A stretch of DNA of 64,000 nucleotides from IMG/VR virus record IMGVR_UViG_3300024262_006558, positions 62,001 through 126,000 of that record; one strand, given 5' to 3'. Under the pieces are notes generated by a model. That model did no database searches, was not told where the DNA came from, and saw only the letters and a list, made by a program, of their open reading frames with translations. Below are positions 51,972-60,322 of this stretch, piece by piece. Each line of letters starts with the position of its first letter. Positions within the stretch are counted from its first letter, which is position 1. A program made the position numbers and the translations under genes.

Positions 51972-53162
51972 ATGACACCCACCTGGAAAGATGTAATGAA
52001 ATTTGAATTGCCTGATAACCCTATTATTTTTGATATAGGAGGATTTAATGGAGACTGGACCCAAATAGCGTTAGATGAATATACTGCACCAACGATTTAT
52101 GTGTTTGAGCCTGTAAAGCAGTTTTATGAAAAAATCAAAAAAAGATACGCCGATAAAAAAAATGTTAAAGTATTTCATTTTGGATTATCTGACTCCACAA
52201 CATCTTTGGAAATTTCTGTATCTGGAGACGCCTCTTCTGTATTTAAGACAAATGGCGCCTCAGAAACTATACAGCTTAAAAGCATTGTTGAATTCATGAA
52301 GGAAGAGGGGGTTTACCATGTTGATCTTGCTAAGATCAACATAGAAGGGGAAGAATATAGACTCTTAGAGCACTTGGTAAAACTGCCTGAACTAAACATT
52401 TTTAACAATTTTTTAATACAATTTCATAAGTTTGTAGACAATTACGAAGAGAGAAGAAGGCTAATTCAAAAGGAGTTATCTAAATATTATGACATGCCTT
52501 TTAATTTTGAAATGATCTTTGAAGGATGGTCTAATAAAAAGGTTGAATTGATTAATTGTGTAGGAGATAGTCATGTTAGCAATTTTGCTAACACAGAAAA
52601 ATTGACTGATATGAAAGTGCCGTCTATCAATAATATGTTTAAAACTTATAGAGCTGGCCCGTACACTGCTTTTAATGTAAATCAAAAAAGCGATGTTAAA
52701 AACTATATAGAATCTATTAGCGATAAAGAGTCTTTACTTATTTGTTTTGGGGAAATAGACTGCAGAGCGCAAGTGAAAAAGGTAATGGAAAATACCAACA
52801 GGAAATATAGAGAAGTGATAGACGAAATTATAGATAACTATATAGATATAATTCAAAACTTTAAAGGTGACAATGTATATTTATGCTCAATAACCCCATG
52901 CATAGAGGATAAACCTCACTGGTACTACTATGAATCTCACCAGGAAGCCTTTGACTGCCCTAAAGGGACTAAGGAAGAAAGAAATTCATATAAAGAATAT
53001 TTTAATGAAAAATTAAAAAGTATATCTTCAAAAAAAGGATATAAATTCATTAGCATTTTTGACTATGTCAAAGATAGAAAAGATTTTTACCTAGATGATA
53101 TACATCTATCTCCAAAAAAAGTTAATTACTTAATAAGAAGGGAGGTACTAAAATTAGCATAA
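51972..53162 (+). CDS. FkbM-family methyltransferase fused to SGNH-hydrolase-like domain
   Basis: DIGGFNG, FEP, KINIEGEEY; then GDSH, FGEIDCR, DDIHL. Confidence 0.8.
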   Translation: MTPTWKDVMKFELPDNPIIFDIGGFNGDWTQIALDEYTAPTIYVFEPVKQFYEKIKKRYADKKNVKVFHFGLSDSTTSLEISVSGDASSVFKTNGASETIQLKSIVEFMKEEGVYHVDLAKINIEGEEYRLLEHLVKLPELNIFNNFLIQFHKFVDNYEERRRLIQKELSKYYDMPFNFEMIFEGWSNKKVELINCVGDSHVSNFANTEKLTDMKVPSINNMFKTYRAGPYTAFNVNQKSDVKNYIESISDKESLLICFGEIDCRAQVKKVMENTNRKYREVIDEIIDNYIDIIQNFKGDNVYLCSITPCIEDKPHWYYYESHQEAFDCPKGTKEERNSYKEYFNEKLKSISSKKGYKFISIFDYVKDRKDFYLDDIHLSPKKVNYLIRREVLKLA

Positions 53163-53959
53163 TGAAAGACATAATAGTAAAAAGTAATTGGGGCATGAAA
53201 GTTAATCTACAACATGAAAAACAAATATATCTTTTTGTTGATGATTTATCTGGAGCGAACACTCAAGTTGACGGTGTTAAGATTTTGTATTTATGTGAGC
53301 CAAATGAAATTTCAGGATTAGCTCAAAAAGCTATTTTAGAAAGCAGCAAATTTGATTACGTATTAACCCATGAATCAACAGTGTTAGACAGATGTAAAAA
53401 TGCTGTACTGTTTGAATTTGGAGGTTGTTGGATTCAAGGATATGAGTTCCCAGAAAAAGAGTTCTCAGTTTCAACAATCGTAGGTTTTAAGAAAATGGCT
53501 GAAGGTCATCTATTAAGACATAATTTATGGATTAGACAAGATGCTATAACTACTCCTAAAAAGTTCTTTATTAGCGGTAATGATCCTCACCACTTAAGGA
53601 TGCCAGCATTTGGAGAAAACCCAGTATTGGAAGGGGAAAAAACCCCATTGTTTGATAGCATGTTTCATATTGTTATTGAAAACTGTAAGAAAGACAATTG
53701 GTTTACAGAAAAGTTAATAGACACATTACAAACGAAGACATTACCTATTTACTGGGGATGCCCTAATATAGGTAACTGGTTCAATACTGACGGGATGATA
53801 ATAGTTAATAATGTTGACGATCTTATTGAGCAAGTAAATAAATTAACCCCAGAATTATATCAAGAAAAACTTTCTTTTATTGAAAGAAATTACGAAAAAT
53901 CCAAAGAGTTTATTAACTTAAGTGATAGGGTTGCAGATAAATTAAAAGAGATTTTATAA
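53162..53959 (+). CDS. GT10 (alpha-1,3-fucosyltransferase-like) protein
   Basis: FHIVIEN....WFTEKL.D......PIYWG.PNI. Confidence 0.75.
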   Translation: MKDIIVKSNWGMKVNLQHEKQIYLFVDDLSGANTQVDGVKILYLCEPNEISGLAQKAILESSKFDYVLTHESTVLDRCKNAVLFEFGGCWIQGYEFPEKEFSVSTIVGFKKMAEGHLLRHNLWIRQDAITTPKKFFISGNDPHHLRMPAFGENPVLEGEKTPLFDSMFHIVIENCKKDNWFTEKLIDTLQTKTLPIYWGCPNIGNWFNTDGMIIVNNVDDLIEQVNKLTPELYQEKLSFIERNYEKSKEFINLSDRVADKLKEIL

Positions 53960-54032
53960 TGAGGGTCATAGGAAACTATTTTTTCACCATTCTAGAAAAA
54001 GGGGAAGTTTGAAACTTTAAAATATATTGAAA

Positions 54033-54824
54033 ATGTATAAAAATATTGTCACATCTCAACTTGCTGGAGGCCTTGGCAACTATTTATTTCAAATAGCTGC
54101 AGCATACTCTTATGCTCTAAAGCATGGCAAAAAGCCAGTTTTTAACACTAATTTATCCATAAAAGTTCACAGGGGAATAGAATGTTATTTTGACAACATA
54201 CTTCGATCGATAGAGAAGAAAGATACGGTAGCAACTCAGACCACAATTGGTGAACAAGGATTTCAATTTACAGAATTGCCTTTTGTTGCAAATGGAGTAG
54301 CTTTAACTGGATATTTTCAATCTGAAAAATACTTTAAGGAATACGAAAAAGAGATTAAAGATCTCTTTTCCTGCCCTGATCACATAAAAGAATCTATAAA
54401 CAAAAGATTCCCTAGTATGGATAGTGTGGAATCATGTTCTATACATGTCCGCAGAGGTGACTATGTAAAACTGCAAGATATACACCCAGTTCAGAGCATG
54501 CCTTACTTTATGAAAGCTTTAAATAAGATGCCAAAAGATTGTAGCATATTTGTTTTTTCTGATGATATAGAGTGGTGTAAAAATTCTTTCCCAGATATGG
54601 GGGAAAGAATTCATTTCGTAGAAGGATATTCCGATGTAGAAGATTTGTATTTAATGTCAATGTGTGATCATAACATTATTTCAAATAGCACTTTTTCATG
54701 GTGGGCTGCCTGGTTAAATGATAATCCTAAAAAAATAGTAGTGGCTCCAAAGAAATGGTTTGGGCCAATGAACTCTCATTTAGATACAAAGGATATTTAT
54801 CCAGAAAAATGGGAGAAAATATAA
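54033..54824 (+). CDS. GT11 alpha-1,2-fucosyl/colitosyl-transferase
   Basis: GGLGNYLFQ, GYFQSEKYF, HVRRGDY, FSDDI.WC, NSTFSWW.AWL. Confidence 0.92.
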   Translation: MYKNIVTSQLAGGLGNYLFQIAAAYSYALKHGKKPVFNTNLSIKVHRGIECYFDNILRSIEKKDTVATQTTIGEQGFQFTELPFVANGVALTGYFQSEKYFKEYEKEIKDLFSCPDHIKESINKRFPSMDSVESCSIHVRRGDYVKLQDIHPVQSMPYFMKALNKMPKDCSIFVFSDDIEWCKNSFPDMGERIHFVEGYSDVEDLYLMSMCDHNIISNSTFSWWAAWLNDNPKKIVVAPKKWFGPMNSHLDTKDIYPEKWEKI

Positions 54825-54967
54825 TGATTTAGGTAGTGATATTAATCTGAATCACTTTTGAATTTTGAAGGACCTAAAATGAGGAAAATGTTAAACGATA
54901 AAGGTAGTAAATGATTATCTAGATAATCATTTAATAAATAGAATTAAACGTATTTATAAAAAAGATT

Positions 54968-55348
54968 GTGAAATTTATGAGAAAACTCTTCTACGTAAAT
55001 AATAGTGGATATAAAACGTCTCTTAATCAAACTCTCAGGCAAGCTGAAGAATCTGCCACAATTAATTACATAAGGGAGAAGTGCAGCGTTTTTATAGCTC
55101 AAATGATTGAATTAAATATAGAGTCGACATTTGGCCCAATGGAATTGCATAACTTTAATATAAGGTGTAGCAAATTTTTTAAGACTATTAATGTCCATGA
55201 TTTTGGTGTAGTATATGATGAGTCTATTTGGATGCCTCAAGACATACCAAGAAATATGTTAAGGGTAACAGTTCAATTAAGCAGTTATTTACATGCATAT
55301 GAGATGGACTTCTCTATATCTAATATTAAGAAAAAATACAATTTATGA
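54968..55348 (+). CDS. Hypothetical protein resembling the tail sheath C-terminal domain
   Basis: NQTLRQ...F.VVYDE......IPRNML...VQL parallels sheath GQKTLQR...FNVVMDD......IDRNTL...IQL. Confidence 0.45.
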   Translation: MKFMRKLFYVNNSGYKTSLNQTLRQAEESATINYIREKCSVFIAQMIELNIESTFGPMELHNFNIRCSKFFKTINVHDFGVVYDESIWMPQDIPRNMLRVTVQLSSYLHAYEMDFSISNIKKKYNL

Positions 55349-56277
55349 AAAGTAAAAGACCGACTAATACAATAATAGTAACTGGAGGCTCTGGGTTACT
55401 TGGAAAACATTTACGAGAAATATGGGATAATGATCACGTAATTTATATTTCATCTAAAGACTTTGATCTCACAAACGAGCAATCGGTTAGAACAATGTTT
55501 AAATTTTACCAACCAAAAGTTGTAGTTCATCTAGCGGCTCAAGTTGGAGGTATTATGGATAATTCTAAACATCCAGTTAAATACCTTAACAATAACATAA
55601 AGATGGATGCTAATGTGTTAAAGTGGGCTGAAGATTTCGGAGTCGAAAAAGTAATAGGCATGCTTAGTACATGTATATATCCTGATAATCTAAATGAAGA
55701 TCAATATCCTATGAAAGAGGAAGTGCTTCATGATGGACCTCCAGCTATAACAAATTTCTCATACGGATACGCCAAGCGATGCATGGCAGTTCAAATGGAG
55801 GCGTACAATAAAGAGTTTGGAACCAATTTTCAATGGATTGCTCCATGCAATCTTTATGGGGAGCATGATAATTTTGATCACGAACAAAAAGCTCACTTTA
55901 TTACAGCTTTAATCAAAAAGATTGATACTGCAGTAAAAAATGGAGATGATAATATTCAACTGTTCGGAACTGGGTCTCCATTGCGTCAATTTATGCATGC
56001 TGGAGATTTAGCTAAAATTATCATAGATTGTGTCGAAAATGATTATAATTTAAATATGAATGTTGCAGTCCCTTGGAATTACTCAATTAAGGATATGGCT
56101 GAAATAGCTCTTAAAGCTTGCGGGGCTGAGCATCTAAAGATAGAATTTGACCCATCTAAGCCAGATGGTCAATATAGAAAAGATGCATCAACTGAAAGGT
56201 TTAAAAAAACCTTCCCCGACTTTCAGTTTACCTCACTTGAAGAAGGTATAAAAAAGGTTTATCAAGCATTGCAATAA
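55345..56277 (+). CDS. fcl: GDP-L-fucose synthase / ColC-type epimerase-reductase
   Basis: TGGSGLLG, HLAA.VGGI, STCIYP, YGYAKR, PCNLYG, GTG.PLRQF, KPDG. Confidence 0.9.
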   Translation: MKSKRPTNTIIVTGGSGLLGKHLREIWDNDHVIYISSKDFDLTNEQSVRTMFKFYQPKVVVHLAAQVGGIMDNSKHPVKYLNNNIKMDANVLKWAEDFGVEKVIGMLSTCIYPDNLNEDQYPMKEEVLHDGPPAITNFSYGYAKRCMAVQMEAYNKEFGTNFQWIAPCNLYGEHDNFDHEQKAHFITALIKKIDTAVKNGDDNIQLFGTGSPLRQFMHAGDLAKIIIDCVENDYNLNMNVAVPWNYSIKDMAEIALKACGAEHLKIEFDPSKPDGQYRKDASTERFKKTFPDFQFTSLEEGIKKVYQALQ

Positions 56278-56389
56278 AGTTTAGATATTCATAAAGATGA
56301 TCCTGCTATAGTTTGACAGGTATTGCATTTTAAACTCAAAAATGATACCTTTACCTTTTGACTCTGAATAATAACTTTAATATATCTAT

Positions 56390-56701
56390 ATGAAGCTTAT
56401 AAATCTAAAACAAGTATCTGATCATAAAGTTAACAAATGGCTTGAGGATAATATAGCTGAACTAACCGCATACCAAAAAGAGCGCATTAGAAATGATGAG
56501 ATGGTAAGATGGGCTCCTTTTAAATTCTATGAACGTAGGAAGAAGGTTGACAGTATATGGATTAGGATATCTGCTTTGTTTATACCTTTAGCGTGGACCG
56601 TGCTAGTTATTGGGCTGCCTTTCGACTTTCTCATTACTGGAACTTGGGGATATAATAAGATAGACTGGTTTAGCAACTGGAGCAGCGCTTGTGGGTTTTA
56701 A
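56390..56701 (+). CDS. Hypothetical membrane protein at the head of array B
   Basis: 103 aa with a hydrophobic segment; the stop codon overlaps the first site. Confidence 0.65.
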   Translation: MKLINLKQVSDHKVNKWLEDNIAELTAYQKERIRNDEMVRWAPFKFYERRKKVDSIWIRISALFIPLAWTVLVIGLPFDFLITGTWGYNKIDWFSNWSSACGF

Positions 56702-56738
56702 TGTTAAGTATATGAGTAGGATTTTAAACGATTAAGTA

Positions 56739-56876
56739 ATGAGCAGTAAAAAGCACGATAAATTAAACAACGCAGAAGTTATAAAGGTGTTAGAAGAAAT
56801 AACAACGGAAGAGAAGTTAGCAATGTTTGGAATAACTAAACCAAGTACAGATGATAAAGATAAGCCGAAAAAGTAA
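56739..56876 (+). CDS. 45-aa peptide inside a hairpin loop
   Basis: MSSKKHDKLNNAEVIKVLEEITTEEKLAMFGITKPSTDDKDKPKK, between arms 56708-56729 and 56877-56898. Confidence 0.5.
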   Translation: MSSKKHDKLNNAEVIKVLEEITTEEKLAMFGITKPSTDDKDKPKK

Positions 56877-57051
56877 GTTTAAAATATTACGCATATACCT
56901 TGTTGTGAAGCGTTTTATGGGCGAGATGTTTACTTTTGAGTGCCACCATAAAAAATGCGATGGTAGGTGCTCTTACTTAGGTGATGATAGGCAGACAGGA
57001 GTTTGGATTAGCTTATATGAATGCAATAAGTGCGGAACTGAATGGATGTAA
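56851..57051 (+). CDS. Cassette Cys-rich protein (reads through site)
   Basis: ILRIYLVVKR is encoded by the arm and GTT; C-terminal CxxC. Confidence 0.55.
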   Translation: MIKISRKSKFKILRIYLVVKRFMGEMFTFECHHKKCDGRCSYLGDDRQTGVWISLYECNKCGTEWM

Positions 57052-57073
57052 TGCTTTACAATAATATATATAT

Positions 57074-57382
57074 ATGACATTTGAAGAAATAGAAACAAAC
57101 CCTGATCTTTCAAACAATTCAGAGCAGGAATATGTTAGACTTAAAAAAAGAAACGTAATGATCAGAAAGTCATTCTACCATAGCTACAATAAATCGGTCT
57201 GCGAGTATGATGTAAACGGTCATCCTACCAAATGCGAATGTGGATGCGAGGATTTCGATCAAGATATCATAGAAATGGTCGAAGGTCATATTCATGAATA
57301 TGACCTTACATGCTCAAATGAAGGCTGTAGAAAAATAGTTGGATACTGGTCTTATGGATCTTGGCAGTCTTTAGAATTGTAA
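57074..57382 (+). CDS. Hypothetical Zn-binding protein
   Basis: CECG...C...C...GYWSYG.W. Confidence 0.65.
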   Translation: MTFEEIETNPDLSNNSEQEYVRLKKRNVMIRKSFYHSYNKSVCEYDVNGHPTKCECGCEDFDQDIIEMVEGHIHEYDLTCSNEGCRKIVGYWSYGSWQSLEL

Positions 57383-57395
57383 TAAAACACATATA

Positions 57396-57635
57396 ATGAA
57401 AAAATTTATAGACATAGAATTGCCTAAAAATTTTATGAACGTATCTATTACCGATAACAACGAATTAGTAGCGGATAACAATAGTAGTTCGGAATGGGAT
57501 ACTTTAAAATTCCCATTGCCAAAAAGGGTGTGGGGAGTGTATAGCTATGAAGCTACCGTAGATAATCAAAACGCTAAATCTATTGCTAGACTAGTTGATT
57601 GTCGAGGTTGGATAAGAAGGTTCTTAGAGGTTTAA
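57396..57635 (+). CDS. Hypothetical protein
   Basis: 79-aa ORF. Confidence 0.6.
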   Translation: MKKFIDIELPKNFMNVSITDNNELVADNNSSSEWDTLKFPLPKRVWGVYSYEATVDNQNAKSIARLVDCRGWIRRFLEV

Positions 57636-57645
57636 TTATAGAATT

Positions 57646-57825
57646 ATGGATATAAAAGAAATAAAAAAAGAAGAGGTAAGTGAAATATATGACTTTTTAG
57701 AGGGGCTGCAAGATTACGGACACATTTACCACTACCCGCCCGAAAATCTTGACGAACCTTTCAAAAAGATAATGGAAGGAATTGAAGAGGTGCAGGGATT
57801 GATGAAAGATAGCTTTGGGATGTAA
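57646..57825 (+). CDS. 59-aa hypothetical protein
   Basis: Hand translation MDIKEIKKEEVSEIYDFLEG...KDSFGM. Confidence 0.55.
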   Translation: MDIKEIKKEEVSEIYDFLEGLQDYGHIYHYPPENLDEPFKKIMEGIEEVQGLMKDSFGM

Positions 57826-58183
57826 TCTTATTTACATGCTGTTAATAAAACTAGGGCAACGTTTAACGTTTTCTAGTAGATTATAATATGCACTCTACCA
57901 TGTGCCCGACATCGGCAACATGGTTTTATGTTGAATTAAATAGGGGTGGGATTAAATGAACGTCTGCACTAGTCGAGTTGAAAATATACTTGCAAGTTGG
58001 TACTAAAGCCAACTATCCTAGCCAACGGGCTTTGCGGTTCACCCTATTTAATGTAACGCTTTGTGTATGGTTAGTAAACCCTTGCACAGACTTTCAAAAT
58101 TAGTATAAACCTTGGTGGGTTTATTACCTACAATGTTAAATGTATGCTTTGCTAGAGATTACGGACAGATAACCACTAAAACA

Positions 58184-58489
58184 ATGGACTTAAAAAAGAG
58201 AATAGAAGAAATTACACAAAACGGAACGCTTGAAAGCGGTGAACAAATAACCTATGTAGATACCGATGACCTTTACTTGTTGCTGAATGAAGTAAACTCT
58301 AGTGAAGTCATACATCTTGTTAGCGATTGGAATGATTGGGTATATGGATCACCTACATCAATAATAGATGGGAGTCATATTGAAGTTATGTGGTCTGACA
58401 ACTCAGTCACTAAAGTTTTTTATGAATGGAGAAGTAAATCTATGGCACATAAGTTACCACCAATAAAGTGGAGGTATTCTAATAGCTAA
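58184..58489 (+). CDS. Cassette hypothetical protein (first 45 codons lie within the hairpin)
   Basis: MDLKKRIEE...SSEVIHLVSDW. GTT at 58319; the TAA overlaps the closing TAAC. Confidence 0.65.
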   Translation: MDLKKRIEEITQNGTLESGEQITYVDTDDLYLLLNEVNSSEVIHLVSDWNDWVYGSPTSIIDGSHIEVMWSDNSVTKVFYEWRSKSMAHKLPPIKWRYSNS

Positions 58490-58581
58490 CGGTTTGGCTA
58501 TGTGCTGAACGTAGAGCAACGGAGTTTTGCATATAGCTAGTGTTATATGCTTTTAATTATTAACAACTAAAGATTATAAAA

Positions 58582-58932
58582 ATGAGTGAAACAGTACATT
58601 ACAGAGGGATTGCTACTAAAATTGAGCAACCAAACGACAAGACATTAATTGATGTCGCAAAAAGTATTTTAACAGAACGTAACAAAGAAATAGCCGACTA
58701 TTATGACAATGTAATAGAGTGTTTGTGTGATAGCTATTATAGAGAATTTTTCTACCATTCAAAAACACAGACCCTTTACAAATTAGACAATAATGAATAC
58801 GAGCCTGATGAAGATATAATAAGAGCAGAACCGAAAGAAAACGGGACTATTGAATATGAGTTAAGATATTATAACGGTGGTGCTGGATTTGATGAATGTA
58901 TGGAAGAGGCTTTTGATAAGCTCGATGCTTAA
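58582..58932 (+). CDS. Cassette hypothetical protein
   Basis: MSETVHYRG...YYNGGAGFDE; bounded by gttatatgc/gcatataac. Confidence 0.75.
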   Translation: MSETVHYRGIATKIEQPNDKTLIDVAKSILTERNKEIADYYDNVIECLCDSYYREFFYHSKTQTLYKLDNNEYEPDEDIIRAEPKENGTIEYELRYYNGGAGFDECMEEAFDKLDA

Positions 58933-59036
58933 TTGCATATAACGGCATCCTGTATGATGTCGTGAAACGAAGTGGAATGCATTCATACACCGTGTTGTGT
59001 GTAGTGCGGATTATTAACTGATAACAAAATTAAAAG

Positions 59037-59216
59037 ATGAATGTATTTGATGAATTTTTAATGGAATCTGAAAAGGAACAATTAAAAGACAACCGACTGA
59101 AAGAACAGAAAGATAAAAAAGACTACTCGTATGAACACGATGGTAGAATAGAAACATGTGACGATTGTAGAACACCTATAAACTCACACGGACACTGCCC
59201 TAGATGCGATTACTAG
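59037..59216 (+). CDS. 59-aa cassette protein with CxxC...CxxC zinc finger
   Basis: Hand translation ends TCDDCRTPINSHGHCPRCDY. Confidence 0.65.
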   Translation: MNVFDEFLMESEKEQLKDNRLKEQKDKKDYSYEHDGRIETCDDCRTPINSHGHCPRCDY

Positions 59217-59267
59217 CATTACACACAACGGATGGTAATATGAATAGTGCGGATTAAAAACATAAAA

Positions 59268-59435
59268 ATGGCAAAGACACGAGAACAAAAAAGAATTGAA
59301 AGTGCGGATAAAGTTTGTAGAGAACTTAGATACCAAATAGTTAAATATGGATTGATAGGTGATTGGGACGCATTAAATAAGCACTTTAATTCTTGGATGA
59401 ATAACGCTAAGAAATCTAAATACGACAGACCCTAG
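59268..59435 (+). CDS. 55-aa protein inside a hairpin loop
   Basis: MAKTREQKR..., between arms gtaatatgaatagtgc and gcattatttatattac. Confidence 0.6.
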   Translation: MAKTREQKRIESADKVCRELRYQIVKYGLIGDWDALNKHFNSWMNNAKKSKYDRP

Positions 59436-59514
59436 CATTATTTATATTACGTGTTGTGCGCACGTTTTAATTGCGACACAACGCTAAGTATAACAAACGG
59501 AAAATTTACGACTT

Positions 59515-59673
59515 ATGAGATTTGAATTAATGCAATGGAAATGGTATAGGAAGTGGAAAGGTGGCTCTTATTACCTTATATGGAATTGGCTACCTATGAA
59601 CACTTTTTGGAGCGACAAACTTATTACAAGCTGTGGAGGCAGAGCCATTAAAGAGGAACACTACCCTAAGTAA
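59515..59673 (+). CDS. 52-aa Trp-rich peptide inside a hairpin loop
   Basis: MRFELMQWKWYRKWKGGSYYLIWNWLPMNTFWSDKLITSCGGRAIKEEHYPK. Confidence 0.6.
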   Translation: MRFELMQWKWYRKWKGGSYYLIWNWLPMNTFWSDKLITSCGGRAIKEEHYPK

Positions 59674-59791
59674 ATTTTATGTTTTGTTATACAATGTTGT
59701 ATGGCAAAGCGTACCGTTTTAATGGCATACAACGGTTGAGTATAAACGTAGTGTTTAACTGAACTTAATTTGAAACACAAAACTTAAAATT

Positions 59792-59992
59792 ATGATAAAA
59801 AGATTGATTGAAAAACTGAAAACATTACGTTTATACTTTGTTAGAAAACGTTGTTTTGAGGTGTATTTCACAGATACCAAAAGTGGAAAGGAAGGAAGAA
59901 TTAATTTATGGGTGAAAGATGTCGATGAAGTAGAACCTTACTTTGAAAAACACTTTCCACATTTGGAATTATATGATATAGGAGAATGTTGA
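59792..59992 (+). CDS. Cassette hypothetical protein (reads through site)
   Basis: TLRLYFVRKR is encoded by the arm and the GTT at 59840. Confidence 0.65.
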   Translation: MIKRLIEKLKTLRLYFVRKRCFEVYFTDTKSGKEGRINLWVKDVDEVEPYFEKHFPHLELYDIGEC

Positions 59993-60102
59993 TTACAATG
60001 TTTTCTAACGACCTGTGTAAAATTTCGTGTGAGGCACGAGCAATGAATTTTAAACCTTGTTAGCGTTTCGTTTTTGAGCGTTGGCATTTAAAAACTAAAA
60101 AG

Positions 60103-60264
60103 ATGAAAGTAAGTATTCAGTTCACAAAAGAAGAATTAAGATTATTAAAAAAGGCGTTATTTTTTGGAATAACACATAATGAAAACAACCAAGAAGCAAA
60201 TAAAATGAATGAATTAGATGCGAAAATGAATTTACTGTGTGCGTTGGCAGAAAATGAACGCTAA
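60103..60264 (+). CDS. 53-aa cassette protein
   Basis: MKVSIQFTKEELRLLKKALFFG...; the TAA overlaps the TAAC of the terminal site. Confidence 0.6.
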   Translation: MKVSIQFTKEELRLLKKALFFGITHNENNQEANKMNELDAKMNLLCALAENER

Positions 60265-60322
60265 CACGAAAATAAAGATAAGCGTTAAGCGACTCAAAGA
60301 GTTATCTTTTATTTTCTGTTAT
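60263..60322 (+). repeat. Terminal hairpin site of array B, inverted copy of 24565..24624
   Basis: aacacgaaaataaagataagcgttaagcgactcaaagagttatcttttattttctgttat. Confidence 0.95.
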
